DNA of 63,638 nucleotides, counting the filler, from Choristocarpus tenellus KU-1152 (lineage: Eukaryota; Protista; Phaeophyceae): the NCBI GenBank assembly GCA_964200185.2. It is 9 parts of 9 records of this genome, joined end to end, with 100 filler letters (N's around TTAATTAATTAA, not from the genome) between each part and the next. Parts side by side here need not be neighbours in the genome. Positions count along the whole stretch, not along the records: positions 1 to 5,165 come from CAXNAD020011644.1; positions 5,266 to 8,451 come from CAXNAD020021688.1; positions 8,552 to 17,085 come from CAXNAD020004612.1; 6 more parts are not named here. One strand, written 5' to 3'. Shown here piece after piece: positions 1-10,689 of the stretch. Each line of letters begins with the position of its first letter. The first letter of the stretch is position 1. The notes under the pieces are model-generated. The model had not been told where the DNA came from, did no database searches, and saw nothing but the letters and a program-made list of their open reading frames with translations. Both the position numbers and the translations under genes were made by a program.

Positions 1-196
1 CAAACACGTTGAAGACACGACGGGTCAAATACTTATCCGCAAGGCCCATATTTTTCTACGCGACGTATTTGGGTGCCGCATTAGATAGGTTCGGACTCTG
101 GAATGAAAAAAAAACTTATTCTGCGTGCCAAGATGTTGACTCTGCCGTTCGTTCTTGACAAAATATGTAACGAAGTGCATTCTATACCACATTCAC

Positions 197-3100
197 CTCC
201 ATCTGGTAGCCGAAGTCCGTCGCCACGGTCTTTGGAACGAAAACGGTCGCCTCATCGTGTCCCATTGCCTTTCCCTGAGGATTGACGGCCTCAGCAAAAC
301 ATCAATGCGTCTGAATTGGGACGAGGGTCTGCCCCAAGGCTTCCGGCAGGCAGGAAGGGCCTATCACGCGTTCTTGAACGAGAGACGCGGATACCTGCAA
401 CGTTATGTGTGTACATGTGACAGCCCAACCATGTGGCATTGAAACTATCACACGTTCTTGAACGAGAGACGTGGATACCTGCAACGTTATGTACGTACAT
501 GTGACAGCCCAACCATGTGGCATTGAAGTGTTTGCCATGGGATATGGTTTCGTCACGTACGTGGAGGTTATTCCGGCGTTGGTTCAAGATCTTGTGGTGT
601 ACCGCAGCACATTTGTTTTTTCGTGTAGGGAAACAGGACATTACGACGTACCGACGCTCACACACAAAGTCTTGGGGTCTCGCGATTTCCGTTTGTGGTG
701 TGTGTAATCGCGTGCACCGTGTGAGCAACGTGTAAATATCGACAAGGAAACATTACTACAACAATCGCACACCCGACACCTATCCATAGGAGAACAAGAC
801 AGACAACAAGTTGGAAAGCAATGGAAAAAAGCCAGCACACTCTTCTTCTTACCTTCCACTTGCCGTCCTTGTAGGCTTGGGTGAAGGAGGTCTCTATCTT
901 CTCTTTCACCTCATCCTTCAATGCCGCGTTGGACACGAACACCTCCACCCTCCTGCTCCTTTCAAGGACCGCCTCCACCACGTTGTGCCTCTCTGCGCTG
1001 AAGGAGACGACGGTGTCCCCAGCATTCGTGTACCTATCATAGGAGGGTAGTTCGTCAATTATCTCTAGGAGTACATTGTATTGCGCACGGATTCATCATA
1101 TCATACATCAAAGAGTAACCTATCGATACAGGGTAACACACTCTTGGTGCGGACAGACGCTTAACATGCTGATTTTGGTAAGGTCACTCGTGGTATGGTT
1201 TGACGCCCCTTAATCGTCACCCAGCCTGTTGCGTTACTGTTTAACGATGTCCTACACCTGTACAAAAAAAATCCCTGCTGCCGTGAAGAAGGGCGTGTGT
1301 GACGTTATTAACGAACCTGTTAACGAGGAAGTGGAGGGCCCTCATGGGGATGTCCGTTGCAGCACCTTGGTATTCCACGTCACACATGGTTTGGAGCACC
1401 GGACGATATGCACGACGCCCATGGCCAAAGATGTGGTCGACGGTGACTCCCTTGTTGCATGTGAAATCTGTCCCACCGTTGCGCACAAGGAGATTCATGT
1501 CCTGGCAAGATCTGAGATGGTTATCAGTGCCTGCGACAGGGTGCTCCCCCCCCCTCGAGTTGTATATTACAAGCAGGGGATTATCCTCCACAACCAAGCC
1601 CACCTTCGACGCGAGAAGAGGTCCTGAATGAATAGAAGGCGAGAGCGAGCGCATGGGTCTGGCATGCGTCAAACTTGACTGTGTCATCACACAAGTAGTT
1701 ATGATAGTCCTATTTTTGTGGAACGCAAGGCAAATAACAAATGGAAAAAAGAGATGCAAACTATAGGAAATTCTGTAATAGGAGGAAAGACGGCAAAAAT
1801 CGTGTAGTGAACAATATACCCTTTATTTCAGCGCTGGTGAACTCCCGAACTCACTGTGTAGGCGGGGTAAGTGCACGGCCCACGGCCAGGGCACAAATAG
1901 CGCGATGGTGCCCTGAGGATGTCGCTTCATCTGCAAGCACTTAGCCACCGTGCGCAAGTGTTCATTGGTCGCCTCTTCGTCGTTGAGGAGTATTGGCTCG
2001 GCGGCAATGGACACTATGGCGAGCTTTGGCGCGTTACGGAACTCGAACTTTTTCAGGCTGTCTAAGGGTATCGTAGGGTCGAGAGGGTGAAGGTCGTGTA
2101 GCGCAGTGTTCTCAGTCCTGGTTTGACATCATGACACCCGACACGGTATACAGACAGCACAACAAGAAGGACAGCATCGTAAGCAACAGTGCAGGCAATC
2201 GTATCATTGAGTGAGGTCCTGACAATATTTCGACAGCATCCCCAAAAAGTCAAGGCGCACCCTCCACAACGCCAGACCCATGAGATACATCTCGTGCAAG
2301 GAGGGTAGACGTAAAAACACTAAGTTCCATGGTCCATGGAAACCTCCAAAAAAACGACACATCCAACGCACAAAGGACAAGCAATCCACATGATGTACAA
2401 GCAGCCAAGATCCACGTGCAAAGCAATGCGAAAGCGAACACGCAGACACGACTTGTATGTCCGTATAATGTGCAACCACGCCGAGACCCACATACACTTC
2501 TCCATGTCCGCTGTTTTGCTGGGTGAGGGGGGACGTAAAAGGTTTTGTCTGGTGGGTGACCCGCCTGTGCTCCTTGCCTTACGTTTATCCTTACCCTTGG
2601 CCCTGCCCCGACCCACCGCTTCCTTCCCCACCGATCCATACCCTTCGCTGCCCTCCTGTGCCATAGGGCAATTGATACATAATCGATTCTTGTGCCTCTC
2701 GTCGACTACAATCTCCGCGTAGGCACATTCGCCCATATGCGTGATGGAGCACTTTGGGCATGAATACCTGTCGCGCGTGTCATTGAAGGAGAGCGTTAAA
2801 GAGGCAGGTTAGTATTTTTCGAAATCATTAATTGGGCGCAACAACGCAACGCGGGGAACACGTTTACGAAGTACCACGAAATTGGTGGCGCAAAACAGTA
2901 CGAAGTAGTACAGGTGGGATACAACAGTCGGTGATGTATATGCATTAACACACAATCGGACTGTGGCAAATAAAGAGACGTGTGGGTAGCGTCTGCAGCG
3001 CCACACACAGAGGAACCCCGCAAGTTCCACCAGTTTAATGGCGTGCACCGCTGAAAAGAGACAACCTAGTTAGCCGTTCGGGGGATTGGATGGAAACCAA

Positions 3101-5088
3101 TCTTACGCCATTAATTACCCGCTATCCCCGTGTGCACCGTTACAACTACATTACTCACCGAGACGTAGGTGGAGGATTGCATCCAGTACAGCAAACGCCC
3201 GCGTTCCACCCTCCATGGCCGTTTTGTTCTTCTTCCACATCAGGAACGCTGCCGACAGAACCCCCTTCGCCCGTATCCTCCCTGTCTGGCAGTCCATCCC
3301 CTCCCTCGTCTTCGTCCCCTCCTTCGTGTTCGTCCCCTCCCTCGTTTCCATCTCCTCCTCTATGTTCGCACCCTCTCTCGTCTTCTTTCTCACGGCCATC
3401 TGATGCCGATCCGTTCTTGCTCTGGACGTCTGCGCCGCCGCCACGACCGGCCGGCCCGCTGTGAACCTGGTGGAGGTTGATCTGGTTGAGGACATCCTGG
3501 TATTTCCCATCCCAGGTGGTGAGGTAAGCGCGTAGAGTTGAGTCCTTCTCGATAATCTGGTGTTGGGCACGGCGGAGGACGTTGTTGAGGAGAGGAGGGG
3601 ACGATGGTAACGTTAAAAATGGGAGAGTGTAATGGAGTTACGATAGCATGTCAACCGAACAACGGAGCAAACCTATCGGTTTATGTGGTGAACGTGTTTA
3701 ATGGATGCGGCTTGCGGGGCGAAATAGTTTGAAAGAAGTCTATGTCGAGGATGCCAGTCTGTAGGTTACGACATTGACACATGTTGGAGGCAGAAACGAG
3801 GTGGAGATTAACGAAGATCGTTGTCTAGAGTAGAAGGAAACGATTGGCTATTCCCGCTATTAGCAACGAAAGACTAGAACTGACAAAATAGCATCGTATG
3901 TTGTAGGGAAGGCAACTCTGTCGCTCATGGTGATGACGAAGACCCGCTACGAATCCTACCAAGTGTCATCTACTTGTTCTTGTATAAGCCATATTTCAGC
4001 TACAATTACCAATACAGGAGGCACACTCACGACTCTGACCCGTTGCATGGGTTTCATTCCGACTACCGTCTCGATGTTTACCCTCAGCTGCCGGACGGGC
4101 CCCGCTTGTTGGTCGCCAGATGAAACCTTCTCCAGAGGTTCCGCAACCTCCATCTTCCTCTCCTCGCAGTGGGGCTTGACCCAGATGTCGTGCATATTGC
4201 CGTTCTCATATGCGAGCTTGTTCATTTCCCTAGCAGGCCATGCATCATTCACGTAACATCCAAGAAAAAATTGAAACAGCCAATAAGTGCGGTGCCGAAA
4301 ACTATGCTGACAGTATATTTTGCAATTGAGGGGCGCATGGCCACGTATGGGTGCACTGGAGATACGGAAAAGGAAAAAAAGGAAGATAACCGCTGTAATT
4401 TCCACCATTTACAAACCTTTGGAACTCTCGTGTCCACTTCTCCTTCGGCACAATCTGCCTCGTGCGCGAGACTACCATTCTAGACATGTGCGCGTCCGAT
4501 TCGATGTCCTTGTAGTCCCTCGCCGTAGGAACCCTCCTTTTGAACGACCTGTATCTGCAAAAGGGAATGGCCATGAAGGATGTCAACGAAAACGATGCGC
4601 AGGTAATGATGACGAAAGGGTCGCCCATGCATTAAATATTCATGGATCGATAGTTTTAGTTCATGACAGACAACAGCGCGCATAAACAGGAAACACACAC
4701 TGTTGGTTAAATCTACACAATACTACGAAAGGTTCTTCGTTTGACACAACAATGGCCGACAATATTCTTCATCATAGGAGACACTTATTTCACGTCAATG
4801 TGCAATGTCCTGCGACCTGCATACATTGCGCACTGCTGTCTACACGATAAAGCACAGCGGCGGTTTGACTTGCCTAGCAAGCAGATGGATGCATAGCCCC
4901 TGCTTGAGAGAAGTGAAGCCAGCAAACTCCTCGCGACTGAGATAGTTCAGTGTGACTACGTGGCGGTCGACCTGCGGTGCCTTGCTCTCACACACTTCCT
5001 TCAGTACCTCGAAGGACTCTGGTTTAAGGAACTTTACGCCTTTCTGCCAGTTTCGTAGAGTTGGTTTCGACAGGGGAGCAACACCCAC
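197..5088 (-). pseudogene. Multi-exon gene, probably decayed: putative HTH, acidic linker, PHD finger, beta-class DNA amino-methyltransferase-like domain; incomplete at both ends
   Basis: Hand-spliced exons with consistent phases: 5088-4874 / 4554-4417 / 4229-~4031 and 2117-1855 / 1623-1317 / 1033-853 / 394-197, plus exons near 3556-3159, ~3050-2980, ~2767-2495 and ~2290-2200. Peptides: LC[VC]GAADATHTYSCPKCSITHMGEC..LCINC (PHD-like); LFGDAVEIL, HPQGTIALFVPW, DIPMRALHFLVNRYTNAGDTVVSFSAERHNVVEAVLERSRRVEVF (beta-class MTase layout). In-frame stops at ~2250 and 302-304; frameshifts at ~3285 and ~3005. Confidence 0.65.
361..527. repeat. 84-bp tandem duplication (2 copies) spanning a minus-strand splice acceptor
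   Basis: ctatcacgcgttcttgaacgagagacgcggatacctgcaacg...ggcattgaa at 361 is repeated near-identically at 445. Confidence 0.95.
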
Positions 5089-5165
5089 CTTGGCGATGGG
5101 CAGAAAAGGAAAATATCATGCACCCAGTCAGCCAGGATGAGGCATCGTTATTTCCGCGCCAACGG

Positions 5166-5265
5166 NNNNNNNNNNNNNNNNNNNNNNNNNNNNNNNNNNN
5201 NNNNNNNNNTTAATTAATTAANNNNNNNNNNNNNNNNNNNNNNNNNNNNNNNNNNNNNNNNNNNN
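5166..5265. other. Artificial contig linker (Ns with six-frame-stop TTAATTAATTAA); same linker at 8452-8551, 17086-17185, 25737-25836, 34335-34434, 39178-39277, 44774-44873, 52140-52239
   Basis: Identical 100-bp N/TTAATTAATTAA/N spacers. Confidence 0.97.
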
Positions 5266-5528
5266 GTGTAACAACCGTTTGCACTTCGTTGAAATACAAG
5301 AAGAAATACTCGCTCTATTCGCCTGTAACATTTGTTGCTCACTCTTTATTTCTTGATTAAAACATCATGTCAAGCTTTGAGTTAAGGACCAAGTGAAGCA
5401 TCGAGAGAAGACTGGCTGACACCCGCAAGTGGCTATCAACTGTGGAATATCCCAGTAGCGTTGTTTAAAGGTCGTTGGATTAGAGCTACACATCCTGTGG
5501 AGGTAAGCTTCTGGAGCGTTTTGTAACA
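5266..5528. mobile_element. Two LTR fragments of the tRNA-Gln-primed family: minus-strand LTR start (5266-5330) abutting a plus-strand LTR 3' part (ends TGTAACA at 5528)
   Basis: Reverse complement of 5310-5330 is tgttacaggcgaatag.., matching 7582. 5455-5528 matches 7974-8048. Confidence 0.75.
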
Positions 5529-5752
5529 GAATACCTTTTGGCCTTGAATCAGTTTCAGCAAAGCCGTGTATGGGCTTGCATCTTTTGTGGTTTTCGGAGC
5601 AGTATGGCCAGTATTGGTCATCTCTTCATTCAGCTGTTCAAGACCAGCAGTTCCCCCCTTTCTACAATGGCCATCACCCCCACTACATACACTGTGGGTG
5701 GTGAACATGCCATCAACTTTGACAATTAACACTGGTATTTGTTTGTGGATAG

Positions 5753-5933
5753 GACTCAAAGTATCTGCGGGGGGGAGGGGGGTCTACACCAGGGTGTCCA
5801 TTTGGACCAAAATCAAGAAAAGTCCATTTACATTATTATCCGTTCGATGTATGCAACCAAATAACCCAAAAATCGCGACAAGAAAAAATTGACCCAAGTG
5901 GACAGCCGCCACCCCCCCCAGATACTTTGAACC
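5753..5933. mobile_element. MITE family A (G-tract TIR; Sola2-like)
   Basis: TIR tcaaagtatctg-G-tract / C-tract-cagatactttga; flanks atag/acag (4-bp TSD, 1 mismatch); homologous to 25481 and 62943. Confidence 0.85.
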
Positions 5934-6120
5934 ACAGTTGTGTTGATACACTATAGACACCACTGGAGGAGTGGATTAGGAAAGGTATAACAACCTATGT
6001 GTTTCTATATATTACCAGTTTAGCTCTTACCTATAGTTCATGTATTGTAATGTAAGGACCTAAAAATAGATTATTAGTTCATGAGTGATATTGGTTTTGT
6101 CAAAAACATTCGCAAATACT

Positions 6121-6192
6121 AGGTCCTACCGAGACTCGAACTCGGGGCGTGAGATTCAGAGTCTCAAGTGTTACCGACTACACCATAAGACC
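6121..6192 (-). tRNA. tRNA-Gln: tRNA-Gln (anticodon CTG)
   Basis: 72-nt cloverleaf GGTCTTATGGTGTAGTCGGTAACACTTGAGACTCTGAATCTCACGCCCCGAGTTCGAGTCTCGGTAGGACCT; anticodon stem TGAGA/TCTCA; T-loop GTTCGA; downstream T5 Pol III terminator (aaaaa at 6102-6106 on + strand). Confidence 0.96.
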
Positions 6193-7581
6193 TAAATATA
6201 CGTTGACTCAAAGTTAGTCTGAACCTATACCAACCAGTCGTTGTACTGAAAACCTCATGGTGGGGATTCATATTGGAGGTGTTGGCAACCATTTTTTCCC
6301 TTTGCTTCTCGTCAGAAATATGGACTGCATACAGGAGTGATGAGGGGTGTATGGAACATTGGTTTACAGACCCTATGGCGTCTGCCCTGGGACCTTTTTT
6401 CTTGTGCTGTTGGTAATTGTTGAAGTTATACCAATAACTGCTACTTATACCGATAATGGGGGTGGACTGGTCAGACTAATGGGAGAAATAGTCAGAGGGG
6501 ATAGGACGACAGGGGTGGGATCAAGGGAGAGATGTGACAGGATAGGGGAAGAAGGTAGCCAGGACTGATGTTGGAAGAAGGGAGTTCTTAAGTTGAAAAG
6601 GGTTGTCAATAAATGACAGAGTACAGATCAGGAAGAAAGAATGCATCCACAGATGGATTCCTTACGTGATACAAGGGCTATACTCAAACTAACCCTAACT
6701 ACTCTGGTCCGCAAGTTAAATGACAAGAGTAATCCCTGGGTAAGGAAGGGAGGACCCAGGAATTGGGTGAGTCGCTGCCAAAGTGTGCCTGAGGACTGAC
6801 TACACCCTCTCGTGACCAGTATTAGAGAAAGGGAGAATGTTGGTACATAGAAAAACTCAAGTATTTGGCTTAACCACAGGTGTCGGAGTTGGAGGTAAAC
6901 AACTGGAGGTCATATAAAACATCCATTTCCTTCGCTCAGATGGGGTTGGGGTAGTGTGGCCATAAGTTGGTACAAGTAAGGGGTACGATTTAAGATCCCA
7001 TTCCTTCATGAACACTCTCGTGACCCTTCACCTGCCCACATAAAACTTCAATTTCCTTCGCTCAAAGCAGGCTTGGGAATAGAGTGCCAGATGTACTTAT
7101 CATAACTTAAGTAAGAGCCCTAACCCAAGTAGCCAGGATGTAGAAAGGGATGCAAGGGTAGAGTGCATGTAGCTCTGGTCTGGAAGTGAGGGCAACCGAG
7201 TTGTCAAAGAGAGGGATAGAAACAGATCATGAAGAGGTGGGGAATCAGCCGTGGACCGAGAAGTCAAAATGACAAGGAACACAGACCGGGCGGTGCAAGG
7301 TGGAGATGACCAAGAATCCAGGTGGCATTGGTATTCAGGAGAATAGCAAGTCAACCCAGGCTAAAACCCGGGAAGTATGGGCCACTCTAAAACAGGATGG
7401 GGCAAGCAATGAGTATGGCAAGTACGGGGACACTTGAGTCAGTTATACAGTCGGCAGATGGAAGTGAACAGCCTTTCACGGTGTATGGGAGGACAAACCA
7501 GTGGGACTAAGTGTGGGTGTCAAGGGGTTTAGCAGAGAGTAGGAGAGACTGGACGCAACTGAGGCAAGAGGTAGGTAGTAC

Positions 7582-8066
7582 TGTTACAGGCGAATAGCGC
7601 GAACATTTCTTTCTGCGTGCCAAAATGCGCGAACAGTATACATACATAAGAATTCATATAAGAGAAACTTTGAATTGATAGAAGATGCAGAGTAAGATTC
7701 GAAATGCATACATAATCTTACAGAATAGATTTCAATTCCTGAAAGTTGGAGAATAAAGATTTATGATTGGAGTATTTACACAGCAGTTTGCAGACTTCAT
7801 TTTAACTCTTTGACTGTAGAAAAAAGGTGAATCATGTTAATAAAAGGCCGAGTTGTTGACCACACGACTCAGTTCTTTGATTCTTACCCTCTTTTGATAA
7901 AGTGAAAAACGAGACATTGACTGAACTAAGCATCAACTGACACCATACGTGGTAATCATCTGTGAACCCTTGCGTAGCGTCGTTTTAAGGTCGTTGGATT
8001 TGAGTTACACATCCTGTGGAGGTGAGTTCTGGGGGGCACGCTTTAACATGGAGGTCCTACCGAGAC
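7582..8066 (+). mobile_element. LTR (TGTTACA...TTAACA, 7582-8048) followed by an 18-nt tRNA-Gln primer-binding site (8049-8066)
   Basis: TGGAGGTCCTACCGAGAC is the exact complement of CCA plus the last 15 nt of the tRNA-Gln at 6121-6192. A further LTR-end-like copy lies at ~8190-8231. Confidence 0.85.
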
Positions 8067-8551
8067 AGTTCCTTTTTATACGATGATATTGATGATAATC
8101 CAAGGTGAGAGGTCCAGCATACTTGACAGCTTGTACATCAGGAGTCCTATACATGCATCAGTATCATCTATAGGCCTGTAGATGTGAGGTATACATCCTA
8201 TGGAGGTAAGCTTCTGGGGCACGCTGTACCAGTACCTAGGGATATTATCAACATCTACACCTACTAAAGAGGTCAAGTTTGGGCGGAGTAGATGTATTGT
8301 AGTTTAAAGGCACGATATGGGAGTGGATAGAGGTGGAGTGTTTCGGGAGGATTGATGTGGGAGCGGATTCGCGGAAATTGGTCGCATTGTTTGGTGACTG
8401 GACACCAGTGACAATAATTGTTACGGGCGCCCCTCAATGCTCACCTTCCAGNNNNNNNNNNNNNNNNNNNNNNNNNNNNNNNNNNNNNNNNNNNNTTAAT
8501 TAATTAANNNNNNNNNNNNNNNNNNNNNNNNNNNNNNNNNNNNNNNNNNNN

Positions 8552-8640
8552 CCCATGTAACCAAATCACCCAAAATTCACGACAAGAAAAAATGGACTCC
8601 GAATAGACAGCCGGCACCCCCCCCCCAGATACTTCGAGCC
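8552..8640. mobile_element. MITE family A, partial (cut by contig end); further partial copies at 17065-17085, 17186-17224, 25837-25857, 44874-44934
   Basis: C-tract + agatact(t/c)tga(g/c)cc terminus and the atggac subterminal motif. Confidence 0.8.
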
Positions 8641-9635
8641 TGTTTACGGTACTACACCCCTCCGTATAAGAAAAGAAAATTGAACTTATCAAAACCCTAA
8701 CCCTATATCCCCCCTTCAACACACGACGGGGGAACACAAAAACAACTTTCCAGACGTCATTCACACAACCTCAACCCCAACCCGCATGCACAAGCACAAA
8801 GAGGACAAAAAGAGGTAATGTCCAACAAGGCACAATATTCCACAAATAAGAGGCTCTAGCTATCACCTCAACATTACATGTCGAAGTAGAAATAATTATT
8901 CATCGCCATAAATATCCATGGGACTGGTGAACGTTCGTCCTGTTGTTCCATTTTCAGTGGCACGTCCACAACTCCATTAGGAACTCCACCTGCCTCTATC
9001 ACCTCTTCGTCCCCGATATTTTGCAAGGAGTGCCACCATCCACTAATTTTGGGTGGAGTAGTCACAACAGGGCCTTGTAGGTAACAATTACTAGAACACA
9101 ACACATGGAAAGTTTCTGTCCGTGGTACCTGACCATTTTTCACTCAACAAATGGCACAGATATGGCACTCCTTTGGCTGCAGGGGGTCGAAAATAGTTCC
9201 TCTCCTTCATCGCATGGGTATTCCCTCACACACAATCAGTCTGTTTGGCAGGGATGGCAACTTATGCGAGCCCTCTTGAACGGCAACCCCTGCTGTGTAT
9301 ACACACAGCATGTGTAATGGAATACCATGCGCAAGGGACCATGTGCAGGGCTGTGTTGGGCCTACAAGGCTCTCTGTAGAAACATTGATATCTGCTCGGA
9401 GTTGTGTGGCATAGTTCTTCGCACTAGTGTTGTGTTCATAGCCCTCTTCTCAACAGCTCTGTACAAGGGATTCTTCCCCATGCACCATCTCTGCGTCCAT
9501 TTTGTGTCTTGCAAGGGAAGAAGAGAGAAGCATCTTCCCGCGCAAGCACAGGGTACACACAGAAGCGATCAGGAAACAAAGATAGAGGTAAGGACTGATA
9601 GAATACGTTGCAGTGAGTGTTGAGTAGCTTGGCGC

Positions 9636-10689
9636 TGTAAAGACTTGTCACCGAAAGCTAGTAGTTGAGTTCCCTGGTAAAACATACACTGAATGTTTGT
9701 TATCCACTGGGCGCTCAATATCACTAGTATTGGCCCACCATATCACTGGTATTGGCCCACGGTACCGCTATGTACGTTACTACTTTGTATTGTACCGAAC
9801 TAAATATAAACGCACATGAAACCTATGTTATATACTTGTATCAATACAGACAACGTAAGGATAACACTAGGTTATTCGACATCCTCCCCTTGCTGAAAAC
9901 AAGTATTAACTCTCAATAAAAAAATGATTAACAATACAAAACAAAAAAATCAACACACTACCTTAAATGATAATTAAAAGCTTCACATGCTATCTAAAAA
10001 TTCTAACTGGCAAATTCTTGATCAACACATCTGCCCTCTGATTTGCAGTACCAACAAAAACAACACGAATTTCTCCTTTTCTAGACAAGTTCCTCAGAAA
10101 ATAGTGTCGGACATCAATGTGTTTTTTCTAGTAGAGGCTGTGACCTTTGGTAGTAGTCTGCATGCACCATCGTTAACCTCAAACATGTCAGTGCGACGCC
10201 TAGAAACCTGTGGCCGAATAAACTCAAAAACGCTTCTCAAGAAAGTAATTCCTTTTGCCACACTGCTAAGAACTACACACTCACTTTTTGTAGAAGACAG
10301 AGCTACAACTCTTTGTACTTTTGACATCCAATATATTTTTCCTCCTGAAAACATTATTGCTCCTCCAGTTACTAATCCACAATCATTCCAATCTCCAGCA
10401 TAACTAGCATCAGAGTATACGCACTCAACTCACACTCACATGTAAGGCTTGTCGCCGAGAGCTAGTAGTTGAGTTCCATGGTAAAACATACACTGGATGT
10501 TAATTATCCACTGGGTGCCAAATAAAACTTGTATTGACCCACCATATCACTGGTATTGGCCCACCATACCGCTATGTACGTCACTACTTTCTATTGTACC
10601 GAACTAAAGATAAACGTACATGAAACCTATGTTATATATATACATATATCAGCACAGACAGCATAAGGATAACACTAGGTTATTCGACA
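9636..10689 (-). mobile_element. Internally deleted Copia element: two direct LTRs (9636-9881, 10441-10689), PPT and RNase H remnant
   Basis: Similar ~246-bp TG..CA direct repeats; PPT complement tcctcccct at 9882; ORF 10094-10354 (IYWMSKVQRVVALSSTKSE) is Copia RNase H-like. Confidence 0.85.

Noticed and set aside
1241-1300. DFFCTGVG in ORF 1241..1759 as the MTase FxGxG motif
   Set aside because: Lies beyond the donor at 1316. The spliced continuation (NR|YTNAGDTVV..) fits the fold better, so this is likely intronic coincidence.
1400-2014. Ulp1-protease reading of LLNDEEATNEHL / GEHPVA
   Set aside because: No HW or Q..DCG catalytic motifs; the spliced sequence fits a beta-class MTase layout over a much longer span.
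5210-5221. Recurrent TTAATTAATTAA palindrome
   Set aside because: Always embedded in N runs; artificial six-frame-stop linker.
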